Shown: positions 39,717-53,700 of the stretch, one piece after another
Layout of the letters: each line of letters starts with the position of its first letter
Numbering within the stretch: position 1 is the stretch's first letter
DNA from: Blasia pusilla
Lineage: Eukaryota
Reading direction: 5' to 3'
DNA: 64,000 nt
Assembly (NCBI GenBank): GCA_050084515.1
Contig: CM114271.1
Span: 22,878,001-22,942,000 of the forward strand
Translations under genes and position numbers: made by a program
Notes under the pieces: generated by a model
Database searches by the model: none
What the model saw: only the letters and a program-made list of their open reading frames with translations
Told to the model about the DNA's origin: nothing

Positions 39717-42700
39717 TTGTTCAAGTTGAAACCTATAGAGGATACATCAGCAAACCACTCATCTCGAGGTAAGAGACAAAAAAATCTCACAAATCTCGGG
39801 TTTAGAAAGAGGCCTGTTAGTGAACCATCCAATGAAACAAACTCATGTGAGGAGATCGATTCACCCTCTAATCTTGAATCTTCAAAGATTGAAGAGAACA
39901 AGAGGTTTTGGAAAGACTCTTAGTATCAAGTCTTTGATTGGATCAATTTTGAGCCTCACACGGGTCGGGTGTTTTGTAAAGTGTGGAAGGAATCTAGGGG
40001 GACATTTGTATTTTCCACATGTGGTACCATCAATGTGAAAATTTCAGCTTTCACATATCATGGTAAATCCGAAGAACATAAAAAGTTAGCTTGGGCAATA
40101 TATAGTGGTAAAAAAAACTCTTGAGAAAGCCATTGCTAGCACAAATCAGCATTGTGACCAAGTTGTGCTCAATCTCTTTCGAGGAGCTTATTTCATGCAA
40201 AGTATAATGTTGCTTTTTCTTCATTCCTTGGTCTCTATACATTAGTGAAATTAGGGTCTATTTTGATAACAAAATCGATGTATCAAGATGACAAAGCATG
40301 TACGTATATGATGACATGTATTAGTTTTGTTGTACAAAGATTAATCTTAGATAGGGTTAGACTTAGAGTCCCTTTTATGGGCTAATGGTGGATGAATCCA
40401 CAGACATATTGGTGAGATGACATTTTGTTGCCTTTGTCATACATTGATGAAGGTCGAGTGTTCACCTCCTTCTTAGGATTGATTCAAGTTGATAACAAGG
40501 ATGCCGAGTCCATTTTAAAGTGTATTGTATCCTTACTTAGGGAGTGGGGCTTGGATTTTTAGAAGATGGTTGTAGTAGAAATGGGGTAAGTTCTCGCTTG
40601 AAGAGGAATTTGAACCCTTATATGACAGGTGTCCATTGTGTGGCATACCTAACCAACCTATGTCGTGCACCTACTCTCCTTGAACGTTAATCTTGTTGTT
40701 GCAGAAATGTGTGTTCAGTAGGTCACGCTCTCAACGTTGATCTGCATCCAAACACGCACTCTGGTTAGTCGGGTCTTGGATCAATCAGCGGGCTAACTTT
40801 CCGAGTTATCTTCTCAGTCTCTCATCAAGCTCAACCTTCCTAGTTTTGCGGTTTACAACATGGGCAAGTCTGCAAGACTTGGGACAAACTTTATGGTAGG
40901 TTCAGGAACCCCAAACGGCGTTTCGCGCTTCGCGGTTCCAACTATTCGATGGACATCCAATGAGTCCCTAATCGAGACTTGCACGAAGTGAATCTCGGGT
41001 TGGAATCTAAGTGTGGCGTACAAAGTCCACTCCCTTGGATCAAGTTTGGGTTTCCAGTTCCAACGCCAAACTCCCGTTCCATCCCGTGCCTCTTAGACGC
41101 CGTTTGGCGCTCAAAGTGGGGATTCGTGTTCCAAGACATCTTAAAGAGACTCCTCCCTTACTAGTACTCCTCCCTCCCCTCCTCCTTCTGGGGATCTCCA
41201 AGGTCCCCCTACCTTTAGGGAAAGACACCCGGGCCTCTCCAATTGGCCCTCAACCCGATTGCTCTTACAGTCATTTTTGGCCAATATCTCAATATGTACT
41301 TATGCGTTTGCCAAGATCTTTACTGCGTTGGAAGCGTCTCAAGATAAGATTTCCAACGCGCCCTTACTTGTCCCGAAAAAATCTTGGAGCTAAACGTTAT
41401 GGTCCAAAACACAGTCAAATTCCCCAAACGCTAGTCGGGTTCCAAAATTGGTTCTCACCTCCTTGGCAACCAACCTTCCAAGATTCAACTCATCTCAAGT
41501 CTTGGCTTGCATTTGGTCTAGGTTTCCTGGCTGTGACTACTAACACACAAAATGCACAACTCTGTTTCGTCTCTTGGAATTTTCTAAGAGACCTTTCCAA
41601 ACGCCTCTCCAAAGCGCAAACATCGCAACGTGAGTCCACTTGAGTTCTGCGGTTCTGCTTGGCGCCTATTTGGTGTTGTTTGGTTATGAGGGTCGCGACA
41701 ACCTAGCTCCTCTTGATGCAACAAAGAATCTAAGGTGCAAGCAGCTCAATGATGAGATAAATAACATTTTGAATTCTGTTGCTTTTTATCTCAAGAGAAG
41801 TTCTAAGCAGAAGTCTGGATTTTCTTCTCTACAAGAAGAGCTCAATGATTCTAGGAAAGTCGTGAAACGATATTAGAAGTTGAGATGGCTCAGTAGATGG
41901 CAAGCGGTGACCTTTTTGTGTGATGGTTTAGAATCTGTGATGGTTTACTTCTCTAATGTGGATCCCAAGGAAGATGATGGGGTAGCTTTTCTTCTTCTTA
42001 AGAGGCTAAAGTGCTTCAAAATGGTTTCCATCCTCTCTTTTTTCTCAATGACATACTTTATTCTATGGCAATGTTGAGCAAGTTATTTCATATGAAGATT
42101 GTGGATATATCTATTATTCAGACTCGGGTGGCAAATCTTAGAATGAACTGTATACACGAAAGTGTAGATATGAATGCCTATCTCATATCTCAATCTAGTG
42201 GTTTTCATCTCCTTCCACATTATAGTCCTAGTGATGGATACATGCAGCGTTTGCAATTTGAGATAAGGGGCTCCTTCTTTCATTCAATCCAAATGGATAG
42301 GGATATCATAAGAAAAGATTTAGAAGAAGCTATCTTTTTCCGAAGGAATTTTGCTAAGGTAAAATGTGTAGCTTTGCAAGAAAGGTTCGAAGATAATGGC
42401 ATCATTGGGGGTTTTAAGATCCTCAATCCAACCCATATGCCTTCTACCATGTCTACTTTACGAGATTGGGGTGTGAGGGAGTTGGAAATGTTGAGTGATT
42501 TCTATGGACAAGAAAATACCTTGCATGGCATAGTTAAAAGTTCTCTTTTAGATGTTGCAATTCTCAGGAATGAATTCCTAGCCTTCAAAATTCAAGCCAT
42601 GATAGAATGGAAGGAAAAGTCCTACAAGGAGGTATGGTCAATCGTAAGTTTGTAGTCCTTCTTCGAAGATGAAGTATGCTAATCTTTGTGTTTTATGTGA

Positions 42701-43000
42701 TGTAGCTAGAGTACAATGTGTGTCAACATCAACATGTGAAAGAGCTTTTAGTATTCAAAATGTCATTAAGAATCAGTTGAGGAATAACTTAACTTCTCAA
42801 CACTTGGAAGCTTTATTGAGGGTCAACATGGAGGGACCATTTTAGAATTTTGAGGTCGATGATGTTCTGATATCTACTATGGATACATGGAAATGTTCAA
42901 AAGAATACGGATTTTTGTATGCTAATCCAGAGTTGTACCTTGTTCCCCCTGCTCAATCTGCTGAAGAAGCTGAGACAAATTGTACCCCTTCATCCTAGTT
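39717..43000 (+). pseudogene. hAT transposase, degenerate and split by a solo LTR
   Basis: N-terminal FCKV..H..H zinc finger, YGLMVDESTD, VHCVAYLTNL|A, RWLSRWQAV, C-terminal STSTCERAFSIQNVIKNQLRNNL dimerisation motif. Confidence 0.88.
40661..41700. mobile_element. Solo LTR (family S, copy 2, opposite orientation)
   Basis: TGTCG..CGACA ends; TSD ACCTA at 40656-40660 and 41701-41705; interrupts the transposase TNL|A. Confidence 0.92.
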
Positions 43001-44267
43001 TCTCTTTGATGTAACTACATTTTTCTCTTTGATGTCATTACATTTTGTAAATTTTGTAAAGTTTGGAATTCTTTACCTTTTTAGGCTCTAACCGTTCCTA
43101 CAAAGACTATTCTTTATATGAATACTCTTTGTAGGAAGGATTCTTAGCACGCCTGGCTCCCATCAGGTGGGAGAAAATCTGGCTCAATCCCAGCCACAAG
43201 TAACACTAAATTAAGCCCTCAAGTTTCTTGAAATGAAATTCAAAAATATCCTAGAATGGAAATGGTAGGGCTAAAGATAATGGAAGAAATTAGGAAAATC
43301 ACCAGTTCAAAGGAAAAGTTTTCAAAAGAAAAAAAACCATGAGAAATACTCTCACAAATAACCTATTGGACATATGAAGTATTGGTCACTCTCGGTACAA
43401 TGCCAATGTTCCAAACCACCTCCAGGGAAAAATTGTGCAGACCCTAAAATCTTAGGAAGCCAATCGACGATCATGCATGAAAGCCAAAACAAAATATAAA
43501 TGGCCAGCAAAAAACTGATGTGCCCCAAAATATTACCTGAGCCATGATGGGGCTCATATGGACAAGTCCTTTGATAAGACAAACATAAGTCCACGGATAT
43601 GGACATGGCTACGGACACACACTTTGTCCACCTACAACCTTGATTTGCACTCATTCCGAAGATGTGGACATCTTTAATCTGATAGCATTGAGGAGATTGT
43701 TTGGAGATGCATCTATTGTGTCAATAAATATCATAGCAGATGCCCCTGACACACTTCAGTTTGCTTCTTGGTTAAATCATACCACTTTCCATCAATTAAG
43801 ATTTGTTGCAATTAACTGAACTATTATGCTTACATGCAACATCAACTTAAAGGTTGAAGCAGCAAATGGATCCTTAACTAAGATTACTGAATTTATTCAT
43901 ACTGAAGGCGAAGTAACTCGTATTATTGTCACTATCCTTTCCAACGGTAAGTCTATTCAATTAAGTAGATCAAAGTTTGAATTTCTAAGGTATGAATTAG
44001 ACCGTACTTATGTTAAAAAATCTTTTCCACTTGTACTTGGGTATGCTATGAGTGGACATAAAAGTCAAGGCTCTACAATTAGTGGTCGCTAACTTCTAAT
44101 AATTAGATCTGTCTTTGCATTAGGCCTCTTATATGTCATGTTATCTAGGGTAAAAAATAAAAATCAGTGAAAGATATTTGGCATGTTAAAACCTGGAGAC
44201 TTTTAAGTGTTTACAAATTCTTCATAGATTCTCTATGCTACTTCTTTTCTGATTTTTCCCCATGTAG

Positions 44268-45170
44268 GACAACTTGGCATCTTGCAACACTTCAACACAG
44301 GGACGTTCAGGGAGATCTTCAAACAACTCCCATTCCAATCTCAACAATTTATAGCTTGCACACTCTCTGCCATCAAATGACAACAACTCAGCTTTACCTT
44401 AATTTAGTGTTGACACATACTCTACAATAGTTCAACAAGAGGCTTATGTCCCAAATGAGGGTTGATTCTTTCCATATTTTCTTGTCAATGATCAAGTCCT
44501 CATACTCAATCTTCTCCTACTCCTGACATGATTATTTCAGGTTCCTCTGAATAACATAGATTTTTCAAACATTATCTTAAATGACAAAAATACCTACCAA
44601 GAGGATACCAGACCACGCTTTACATCACCAACGGAGAATCAAATGAAGTATTTAGACAATCTAGGAGTCATGCGTGCATTTTGGGAGCATGATGTCATTG
44701 GTTACCAAATATAAGCCTTATCATCCAAGGTCAAGTATGCGATTGAAAGTTTCATCGCATCCACAAGGATGGTCCTCCTTTAGGTAACTACATGCTTACG
44801 CTATCCAATTCATGTACATTTGGCTGAAGTATCTTCATAGGGACCAACCTCCTCTTTTAGTAATTCTATGAACATTCTTATTTACAGGAATCCAGAAGGA
44901 GGCGTTAAGATTCATAAATGTTGATTTCAAAGGGCATTCCTCACAAGAAAAGTTGCAATCCGCTTGTTCAATCTCATTTCAGGAGGCATTCGCCCAGATC
45001 AACTTCAATTGCTTAGGCGTGAGATGCATTTTCCATTGACCATGCTTTTGGACTTATCATTTGGTAAAGCCACACATCTCATTAAACAAATGAATGCAAC
45101 CCATGATGATGGTCAGTTGCCAGACTTTGTGCCTTTGCCCATAGACCTGGATAATACACAATAAATCCCT
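44268..45170 (+). pseudogene. Helitron B accessory gene 1 (homolog of 8131-9174)
   Basis: Exons ~44541-44783 and 44888-45164; DNLGVMRAFWEHDV, IQKEALRF, IRPDQLQLL, GQLPDF. Confidence 0.6.
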
Positions 45171-47772
45171 TTGTTTCCAAAATTTGATGAGATGATCATC
45201 ATTTCCAGTGCTCCCCCCAAAAACAATGCACAACCAATTTGTATTTGGTATGAACCAGAATACCTTATCCACTCCAGTTTCTCAGCCTTCTCAGGTTCTT
45301 GACCCATCATTTGACTCATATGATTCTAATCTGCTTGTTATATCACCGAACAAGCGCAAGTGCGCATAAGCTCATCAGATTCATCCGTGGTATACATCTT
45401 ACCAATTGCATCTATGTTCTTCTTCAAAATTGTGCTCTATATTTTTTGCATTTTCTAATATTACTTTCTAATGTGTATGTTGCAGATGAATATCACATTC
45501 CACAATTGGAGTCTTTGCTTGTGTGCAGAGTTTTCCTTGCATTATGATTTTTTCAATTTAGGATTTCACTACCCATACGCTTGATTTTTATCAAAAAATT
45601 TTATAGGCATCTGAGACCCATCTCATTTGATGCACTCTGTTGACATTTCTCATGCATCCATGATGTAGATTTTGCAATTGGACATGTTTACTTCATATCA
45701 ATTTTTTGAAATTTCCGTTCCATATATTTTGAAATACACAGCTACATAATGTATGTTCTTTGTGTTTATCTCTTGTAGATTACATTCAAGTATTTATTTG
45801 TCATGAATCATTTCAAATCTTCTTGATGCATTCTGCATGTATCACATGTATGTCCTTTTTACTTTCACAAAAATTCATCGTGTTCTTCCTTTATTTAAAA
45901 CATTTTTCCTTGTACTCAAATCTTCATGTAGTTCATCTCTAGTTTTCTGTTCTCCATTCTTTATACTAAATGTGTACTGCTCATTCAACCTCTAATAAAT
46001 ATATTCTATCAAATAACTAACCACGTCCATTCGTGTCTTCCTGTTTATTATAGATTTCATATTCACATCGTCCATCCATCCGCTGAGCATTCCGTTCTCC
46101 ATTTCCACCAAAGGCATTGGACTCAACAGGACCATCACGCCAATCTGGCTTTCGTCATGCTGAACTTGACTACAACCAAGATATTCAACATTGCAATTAG
46201 CAAGCGATGATAATGAAGTCAATTCTCCTCGCTATCTTACTGATACATAGAGCATCAAATCCATGCATCGCAGACTAAGATTGAGGGTCTCTAGGTTATT
46301 AAACTTAGCTATTGCAGGCAACCGGGTGCAGATTCAAGAAGTTCTTGCTCTCAAAGATCAGTTGAAGCAAGCAAGGGACTAAGTGTCTACTTTTGCCAGA
46401 GATGTTCAAGGACATATTGCAAATGATCCGAAGCTGCCTCTTCACTCAAACATCATCCAGTCCATGCCGAGAGACTTTAGGGGTTAGGAACAAGTACTTT
46501 CAACATTACATTGTCTATATGTAATGCCTACCACATCTTACTTAGGAGGCCAATATTCTCAGCATGACTTTTGAATAAATGTTGAACACATTCCGCTTCA
46601 TTTCTTGCCTGTATGGCATTTTTCTGTCACGAGTTTCTCGAATTGCATCATGGTTGCTCAGTTCCAAATTAAACTCTCTCGAGCCAATGATATGCTTTGC
46701 TTATTGTACTCTACCCACATTTACTCCATTAGCTTTGATGTTTACTCCAATTGACTCTATTCTTATACATATGAATTACTTCCAAGTCACTTATGATAAC
46801 TTCAGCAAATTATTTTCCAAAAAACTTCATTCAATTTGCTCATCAAGCAAATATAATCACACCAATCCTTTGTTCTCATAATACAATTTGTCAAAAACTT
46901 ACAATCCATTCCTTTCCACCTCCTTACACACTAGACAAGCCTACCAATCTCTCAAAATTTCCACGCCGTCGAACATCTACGCTTGTAGTCTCCCTACATC
47001 ACCTAATTTTTACTCCTCTTCCGGAAGGGATTACACCAGGCTTAACCCAACCTTTTCGTCTTTTCCCTATACCTATGCTTTTGCACCTACAAAATCACAC
47101 TACTTTAGAGTCATTGTTATTGGCTATAACACTTACAATTCTTTTCACACCACTACATAACCACATCTAAACCTAACTCTACATTAAGCAGGATAACTCC
47201 TCTCCCAATATAACTACGGAGGCCGCATACTTGTTTAAACGAGGGGTTTAAATCACCACCGGCCTACACTTGTTCATTTTAATTTAATCATCCACTCATG
47301 GGCCATTTCTTGGAAGGAAAGAAATTTATCCCGAAAAAGAAATTCGTTTCCCCCTTTCCCGAGCAGCCCAGCCCACCCGTTCCGAGTGGAGCCGACCCGT
47401 CCCGGAACATCGCGGGTGGGTGGGTGGCAGGGAACGAGGCAAGAGCGAAGCGGAGGAGAGCGGACGGAGGGAGAGCAGAGGAGAGGAGAGGAGAGGGGAA
47501 GGGGAGGAAAGAGCGGAACGGGAGATTCTTATTGATTTGTTTGATTTGAGGCGAGCGCTCGGGAAATGCTGCGCTTGCGATCCTCGAGGGACTGCGGGTG
47601 TCGCCGGTAGAGAGTAGAAGGGCAGGGGACGGACTGCGGAGGCTGATTGGCGAGGGGCCGGCAGGAGATTTACATACATTTCTTCGGAAGGCCAAAGCGC
47701 GCGAAGGCGACAGGGATTCGGCGGTCCGGGGAGAAAACTGTCGGGAGAAGAGAGAGGGGGAGCATTGGAGGC

Positions 47773-50700
47773 ATGGCGATGGTGGATGAACCGCTGTATC
47801 CGATTGCAATACTCATAGATGAGCTGAAGAACGACGATATTCAACTGCGGTTGAATTCGATCCGCCGTCTCAGCACTATTGCGCGGGCTCTTGGGGAGGA
47901 CAGGACGCGCAAGGAACTCATTCCGTTTCTCAGTGAGAGCAATGATGACGATGACGAGGTGCTGCTGGCGATGGCGGAGGAATTGGGAGGGTTCATTCCT
48001 TACGTGGGAGGAGTGGAGCACGCGCACGTGCTTCTGCCGCCATTGGAAACTCTGTGCACCGTCGAGGAGACGGTTGTGAGGGATAAGGCGGTCGAGTCGC
48101 TTTGTAAGATTGGATCTCAAATGAAAGAGCGCGACGTGGTGGACTCGTTCATTCCGCTGGTGAAGGTATGGATTGCTGTTTCTCTCCAACATGGTTATGG
48201 TGCTAACAATTGCTGAAAGTAGGGCAAGCAAGCCTTTGACTGGACAATCCAGTGGGGTCGAGATTGTTTTTTCCTTCCATGTGCCTGTTTCTGATCCGCG
48301 GACGACGCGAGTCGATCGAAGTTTGCGTCAACTGCCCTCGCTAATTTGGAGCAGTAGGTCACGGGGCTTTTCACTGGCATTGACCGCTTGCATAGTGCTT
48401 ATTGTGAGCCCTTTTACAGTCATGGACTTTGGAGTCCCTCGCTGAAACCCTACCTATTCTACCTAGTGTCCTTTCTTTGCAATGTAGGAAATGGCATATG
48501 GTGGTATACGAAACCATCAAAGACTATTACGAGACCGCACGGCTACATGAATTTCTAATCGCCGACCAAGACTCTTGTGGAATGTGATGATGGACTATCG
48601 ATATTCTGTGGGATGTTTGAGAGACGGATGACTTTCATGATGAAACCGACCGTGGCACAGTTTTATCGCGAAGCTTTGGGACGTCGTTGTGGGACCGTGG
48701 ACGCTGAATCCACATCATCACCTCTCTCGTCTGTCCCTAGTGTCTTTAGGGTCTTGGGTGGAACACAAACAGACACGAAAAGCATCCCGTTCTGGAATCT
48801 GAGTAGTGGATGATTCCTCTGTAGCAGCTATGGAGTCTGGATGCTGTCCTTGTCGCTAGAAGTTTTCTGTTTCTTCCATGCGGTGACGAAGATGCTGATG
48901 TTCAGTTCTCGTCAGTTTGTGCTGTCTTGCACTTCAGACCAGATAAAGGTCTCACACAGAAGTGTGAGAAAGGTGTATTCCAACGATTTTTTTGAAGGAG
49001 CCCAGACGAGCTGTCACTGGTCGTACGAGTTTATATGTTTTGAAGAGTAGTGGTAGCTATATACTTTGTTTTCATTTTGAGTCAGAAAAAAAGTGCAGTT
49101 CACTTTCGAATGTAATATATCGGGCTCGTTGGGGTTGAAAGGGTTTCCTTTAACTTTCTTCGGTGTGAGAACACGACTCTAGAACTCACCTTGCCTAAAT
49201 GATGTGAATTTAAGTTTCTTCGGAGTTTTGAACGATGAAGAGCAGAGCTGGTACACTGGTATTCTCCGGGCGTTCATTCCTATTAGGTTGGTGGAGTAGG
49301 AGTGTTATGTCTCCTTATGTTAGCTCAGGGTACTTCACCAATTATGTCAAGCAGAAACCCTCTCATACAGAGTTCAGTTTCTTAATTGATTTTTGTTATT
49401 CCCCTAAGTTGTAAGACCCAAATGATGGAATTATGTTTTTGGGAAGCTCATGAACATACTATTTAACGAAGCACTTATTAAGGTGATATATGATAAGTTC
49501 CCAAGTTGGCTTTTTCAGTGACCCAGTCATGGACGCCTTAACTGTGGGTGGTTAGAGTCGATGTTTTAAGGATTACTAGTACTATTACTTGTATAATTTT
49601 CCAATGGGCTGTTGCAATCCAACTTTTGAAATGCTCAGTGTTTGAGCTCATTTACTCACCTCAGTTGAAATGCTTACCTCTTCCATGTCACAGAGACTAG
49701 GTGCTGGAGAGTGGTTTACTGCTCGTGTTTCTGCCTGTGGACTTTTTCACATTGCATACCCAAGTGCTCCAGATCTTCTTCGTGCCGAGCTAAGATCAGT
49801 CTACAATCAGCTTTGTCATGATGATATGCCCATGGTCAGAAGATCAGCAGGTCTGAACCTTGGCAAATTTGCAGCAACTGTGGAGCCTTCATACCTGAAA
49901 TTAGACATAATGACGTTCTTCAGGGATCTCACCCAAGATGGTGAGTCTATACGCTCAACATACCTGTAAACACATGGATCACTATGAGTGAACAAGCGTT
50001 CACTTGATTAATAGTCCTTGGGGATGTTCTACTGGCTTTGCCTGGTAACTTTGCATTTCAAACTTTGTACTGGTTTCAAGAAAGAGTCATGTGCTTACCT
50101 GGGTTTCTTTTGACAGATCAAGATTCTGTGAGGTTACTATCAGTTGAAGGGTGTGCTGCACTTGGAAAGCTACTGGAGCCTGCTGACTGTATCACAAACA
50201 TCCTGCCGGTTATTGTCAGCTTCTCCCAGGTATGTACTTGTGATAACATTACTTCTAACTTATTTGGAGAAAGGAGAAAGAGGTCCTACTCTGTGGAACT
50301 TACTCTAAATGAGCCAAGCTTTTCCCAAACCTCCTTTAGTCTGTCGTTGTCATGTCCCACTGCTAGTGTCTATCCCAGGTATGCGGCTTCCATGATTTTC
50401 AGATCAGTGTAGTATTACATCTTTCAGTCATGGGAGAGTCAATTCCTGTATTGTTAATATCAGTCACTTAATTGTCTAATTTTAAGCTAGATTTGATTAT
50501 TCTTCTCAGAAGACAGGAAGAAGTCTGAAAGAATTTGGATCTGTGATGGTAGCTGAGTTATGTAGTCTTGTTAGTGACCGTGATGCTTTTTCTTGAGATC
50601 CGTCCTTGCTGTCTGGACTAGATTTGACAAAGAAGGTTTTGAATGCCCCAATTATAACCCTCATGACCTTTTTCTTGGGGTAATGGTCAGGATAAATCAT

Positions 50701-53700
50701 GGAGGGTGAGATACATGGTAGCAAATCAACTATATGAGCTCTGTGAAGCAGTAGGGCCAGAACCTACGAGGTGAGGAGTAGCACTCCTTTGTTTTAATTG
50801 TTGTAGTCCCTTCCAAAATTTAAGTGTGTCTAGAGCCTTTTGTTGTAGATGCTTTTCTTAGGTTCTCTGATTGATTGATTGTCATGGGGACTTTATATTT
50901 TGGTTTAGAGTTGTGCTTAACAAGGCTATTCAAGCTCTGTCCATCAACGGGCAGTCCACAGGTTATCTGGTACATTTTGTCTGTTGATAAGGTTTCACAA
51001 TTTGTTTTGGTCCTTCCTTCTTGATTGTCATTAAGTAGCTCTCTATTATGTGCTCTGGGTTTGTCTCATAGATGCTATAGATCACAATTGACAAGTTAAA
51101 TTTATCTCTGTATATAGAACGGAGCTTGTTCCAGCTTATGTGCGCTTGCTGCGAGACAATGAAGCTGAGGTGCGAATTGCAGCCGCGGGGAAAGTCACAA
51201 AGTTTTGTGGTATAATTAGTGCCCAATCTGCCATTCAGCATATTCTACCATGTGTTAAGGTCTGTAAAACTGAACACTATGCAAAAAGTTTTGCCCATAT
51301 TTGGAGACTATGGTTTCTCATGAAGTTTATCTAAAGTACTGCGTAGTTCACACCTAGTATTCTTCTCGAGTTGAATTAAAAGCGCCAGAGTGTGGAGCTA
51401 TGGCATGGCCTGGCCACAACCTTCTCTAGACACATGCCCACAATTTTCTTGTTGGTCAGGCATTGTCTTTCTCAACTGTAGACTGGAGGAGAAAGTTTTA
51501 TTGTCTTAACTTCAAGCATCTTTGTGGGAATATTTTCAGGAACTTTCAACTGATTCTTCACAACATGTTCGTGCTGCACTAGCTTCGGTTATAATGGGAA
51601 TGGCTCCTCTCTTAGGAAAGGTGTGACTTCTTGATTCTGATATACTGGCTGTATTATCATGTAACCTGATTCTGCTAAGAGTGATGTGTTTCTTAAGCTT
51701 GTTAATTGCAGAACTCAGCAATTAAGGAATGGTTGACAATTGTTTTCTCTGGTAGCCCTTTCCCTTACACCCCCATCTCTTTGTCACTATCACTTCTGTT
51801 CTTGCGAATCTCAAGAGCATCAAAGTTTCATTCATGGGGAATACTTTTCCTTGTCATGCACCCACTGAAATTGGTACAGATTGGATCTTCTGCTGTATGA
51901 TTTTAGGATGCTTATTTAATTGTCTACGTACTTTTTACTGTGCTCAGGAGGCAACCATTGAACAACTCTTGCCAATCTTTCTGGCCCTTTTGAAGGATGA
52001 GTTCCCAGATGTGCGGCTGAATATTATTAGCAAACTTGACCAAGTGAACCAGGTAGACGCCACATGCAATCTTTGTTGGATTGAATTCACATGGGGGCAA
52101 GCGGTACACGAGTCTCTTTGGGGTAGTTTTGTTTTTCTTATTAAAAGACAGTTCTATTAGTTGTTGGGATGTATGTGAGTGTTTGCACATCATCAGCGAT
52201 GCTACATTAGTGTCAGAATGTTTCCTTTGGAAGACTTCCTGGAAATGTGCATCTTATAAATTTTTACAAAGTGTAATTTGCAATTTTGATTGTGGCGTAC
52301 AAGGATTCTTCCTCCTTAGGTGAGTAGATCTTTATAGGGATCTTGTTTTTTGTTGTTGTAGAGGGACTGGTCAATAGTTTCCAACTTGCTCCTTATCAGC
52401 AGTTACTTATTGTAGTTGATACTATGGTGGATGTGGGGTAGGTTTTGTGGAGTGTTGTCATTCTCCTATCTTTGATGGGTTGTCTCTGCAAGGGTCTCCC
52501 CTCGCTTCAATTTGTTTCATCAAATGTCAGCTGTATGCTTTCTCCGGGAATTTGAACTATGAGAAGTACAATTCATGTTATGCAGGTCACTGTCACTGGT
52601 TTTACTTGTAGGTAAGTATACCTACCTGGACTGATGTTAGATTCCCATTATGATCAATGAATGCAGGTGATAGGTATTGACTTGCTATCTCAATCTTTGC
52701 TACCTGCAATTGTGGAGTTGGCTGAAGATCGTCATTGGCGAGTGAGGCTAGCAATTATCGAGTACATACCTCTTTTAGCTAGCCAGTTGGGTGTTGATTT
52801 CTTCGATGACAAGCTTGGTAACCTCTGCATGCAGTGGCTTGGTGATCAGGTGCGACTCCCAAGCCCTTGTACAAATTGCCAGTCAGTCAATGAAGTGACA
52901 CTATTTAAGAAACAGTTTTTGTCTAAGGCAAGCCGGATTGCTGGAATGTAGAACGCAGGGACTTGTTAGAATACTTTAGGGGCATTTAATATCCTGCATT
53001 CAAATTTTTTATGATTTCTTTGATGTAGGTCTACTCAATTAGGGAAGCAGCTGCAAACAACCTGAAGCGGCTTGCTGAGGAGTTTGGCCCAGAGTGGGCC
53101 ATGCAACATATTATTCCTCAGGTTTGTTGTGTGATACATGTCTTTTGTGAAAGAAATCTGTGCAGGTTGCATTCACAAGGAGGGATTTTTTTCATTAATT
53201 ATCGTAGTCTGGTTTCTGCAGGTGTCTCAAAGTGGTTTGCAGATTGGAACAATAGGAACTGTCACAGAAATTCTAATTTCCTTTGTAAATGTGAGGTACT
53301 CAATTTGATGAGTGTCAAGCCCACACCCCTGTTTGTCCTTTGTAATCTAAAGTCTTTTGTGTTGGTTTTTGTGATGGGCAGGTGTTGGAGATGATAAACA
53401 ATTCCCACTATCTGTACCGTATGACTGTGCTATCTGCCATCTCTATGCTGGCACCTGTGGTTGGGGCAGAAGTTACTTGCCAGACGATGCTTCCTGTGGT
53501 AATCAATGCAGCGAAAGACAGGTACTGGCGATATGCCTACATGAAACTTAAAACATGTGTCCCTTGGATCAAAGATTCATGTACCTTGGGAGGTCAAGCT
53601 TTATCTGTTGTGGATTAATGGTACTTCATAGTAAAAATACATTTCGTTGGAAAAATTTATTGGATTGCAGGGTACCCAACATCAAGTTTAATGTTGCCAA

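Larger units (their letters stand above)
33230..43642 (+). mobile_element. hAT DNA transposon (ZNF862-like transposase)
   Basis: 8-bp TSD ATTTGCAC at 33222-33229 and 43643-43650; imperfect TIRs aatggttgca../..tacaaccttg. Excision restores the helicase frame DTIIICT-HSEDVDIFN. Confidence 0.93.
26656..47272 (+). mobile_element. Helitron B (paralog of A), interrupted by hAT
   Basis: RepHel at ~29560-33229 plus 43651-44210 (RYELQGRGSLRCH, YFLKYALKSEP, DECSLL, GDFYQ, FPLVLGYAMSGHKSQG, LYVMLSRV). Candidate 5' end A|TCTATATTATT with a hairpin at 26670-26697. Candidate 3' hairpin + CTTG|T at 47233 or 47272. Termini are less certain than the ORF. Confidence 0.75.

Noticed and set aside
41011-41643. 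210-aa ORF
   Set aside because: Lies wholly within a solo LTR; no equivalent ORF is listed for the other copy.
47288-48231. Long minus-strand ORFs (173 and 301 aa)
   Set aside because: Antisense shadows of the GC-rich PP2A-A promoter and exon 1.
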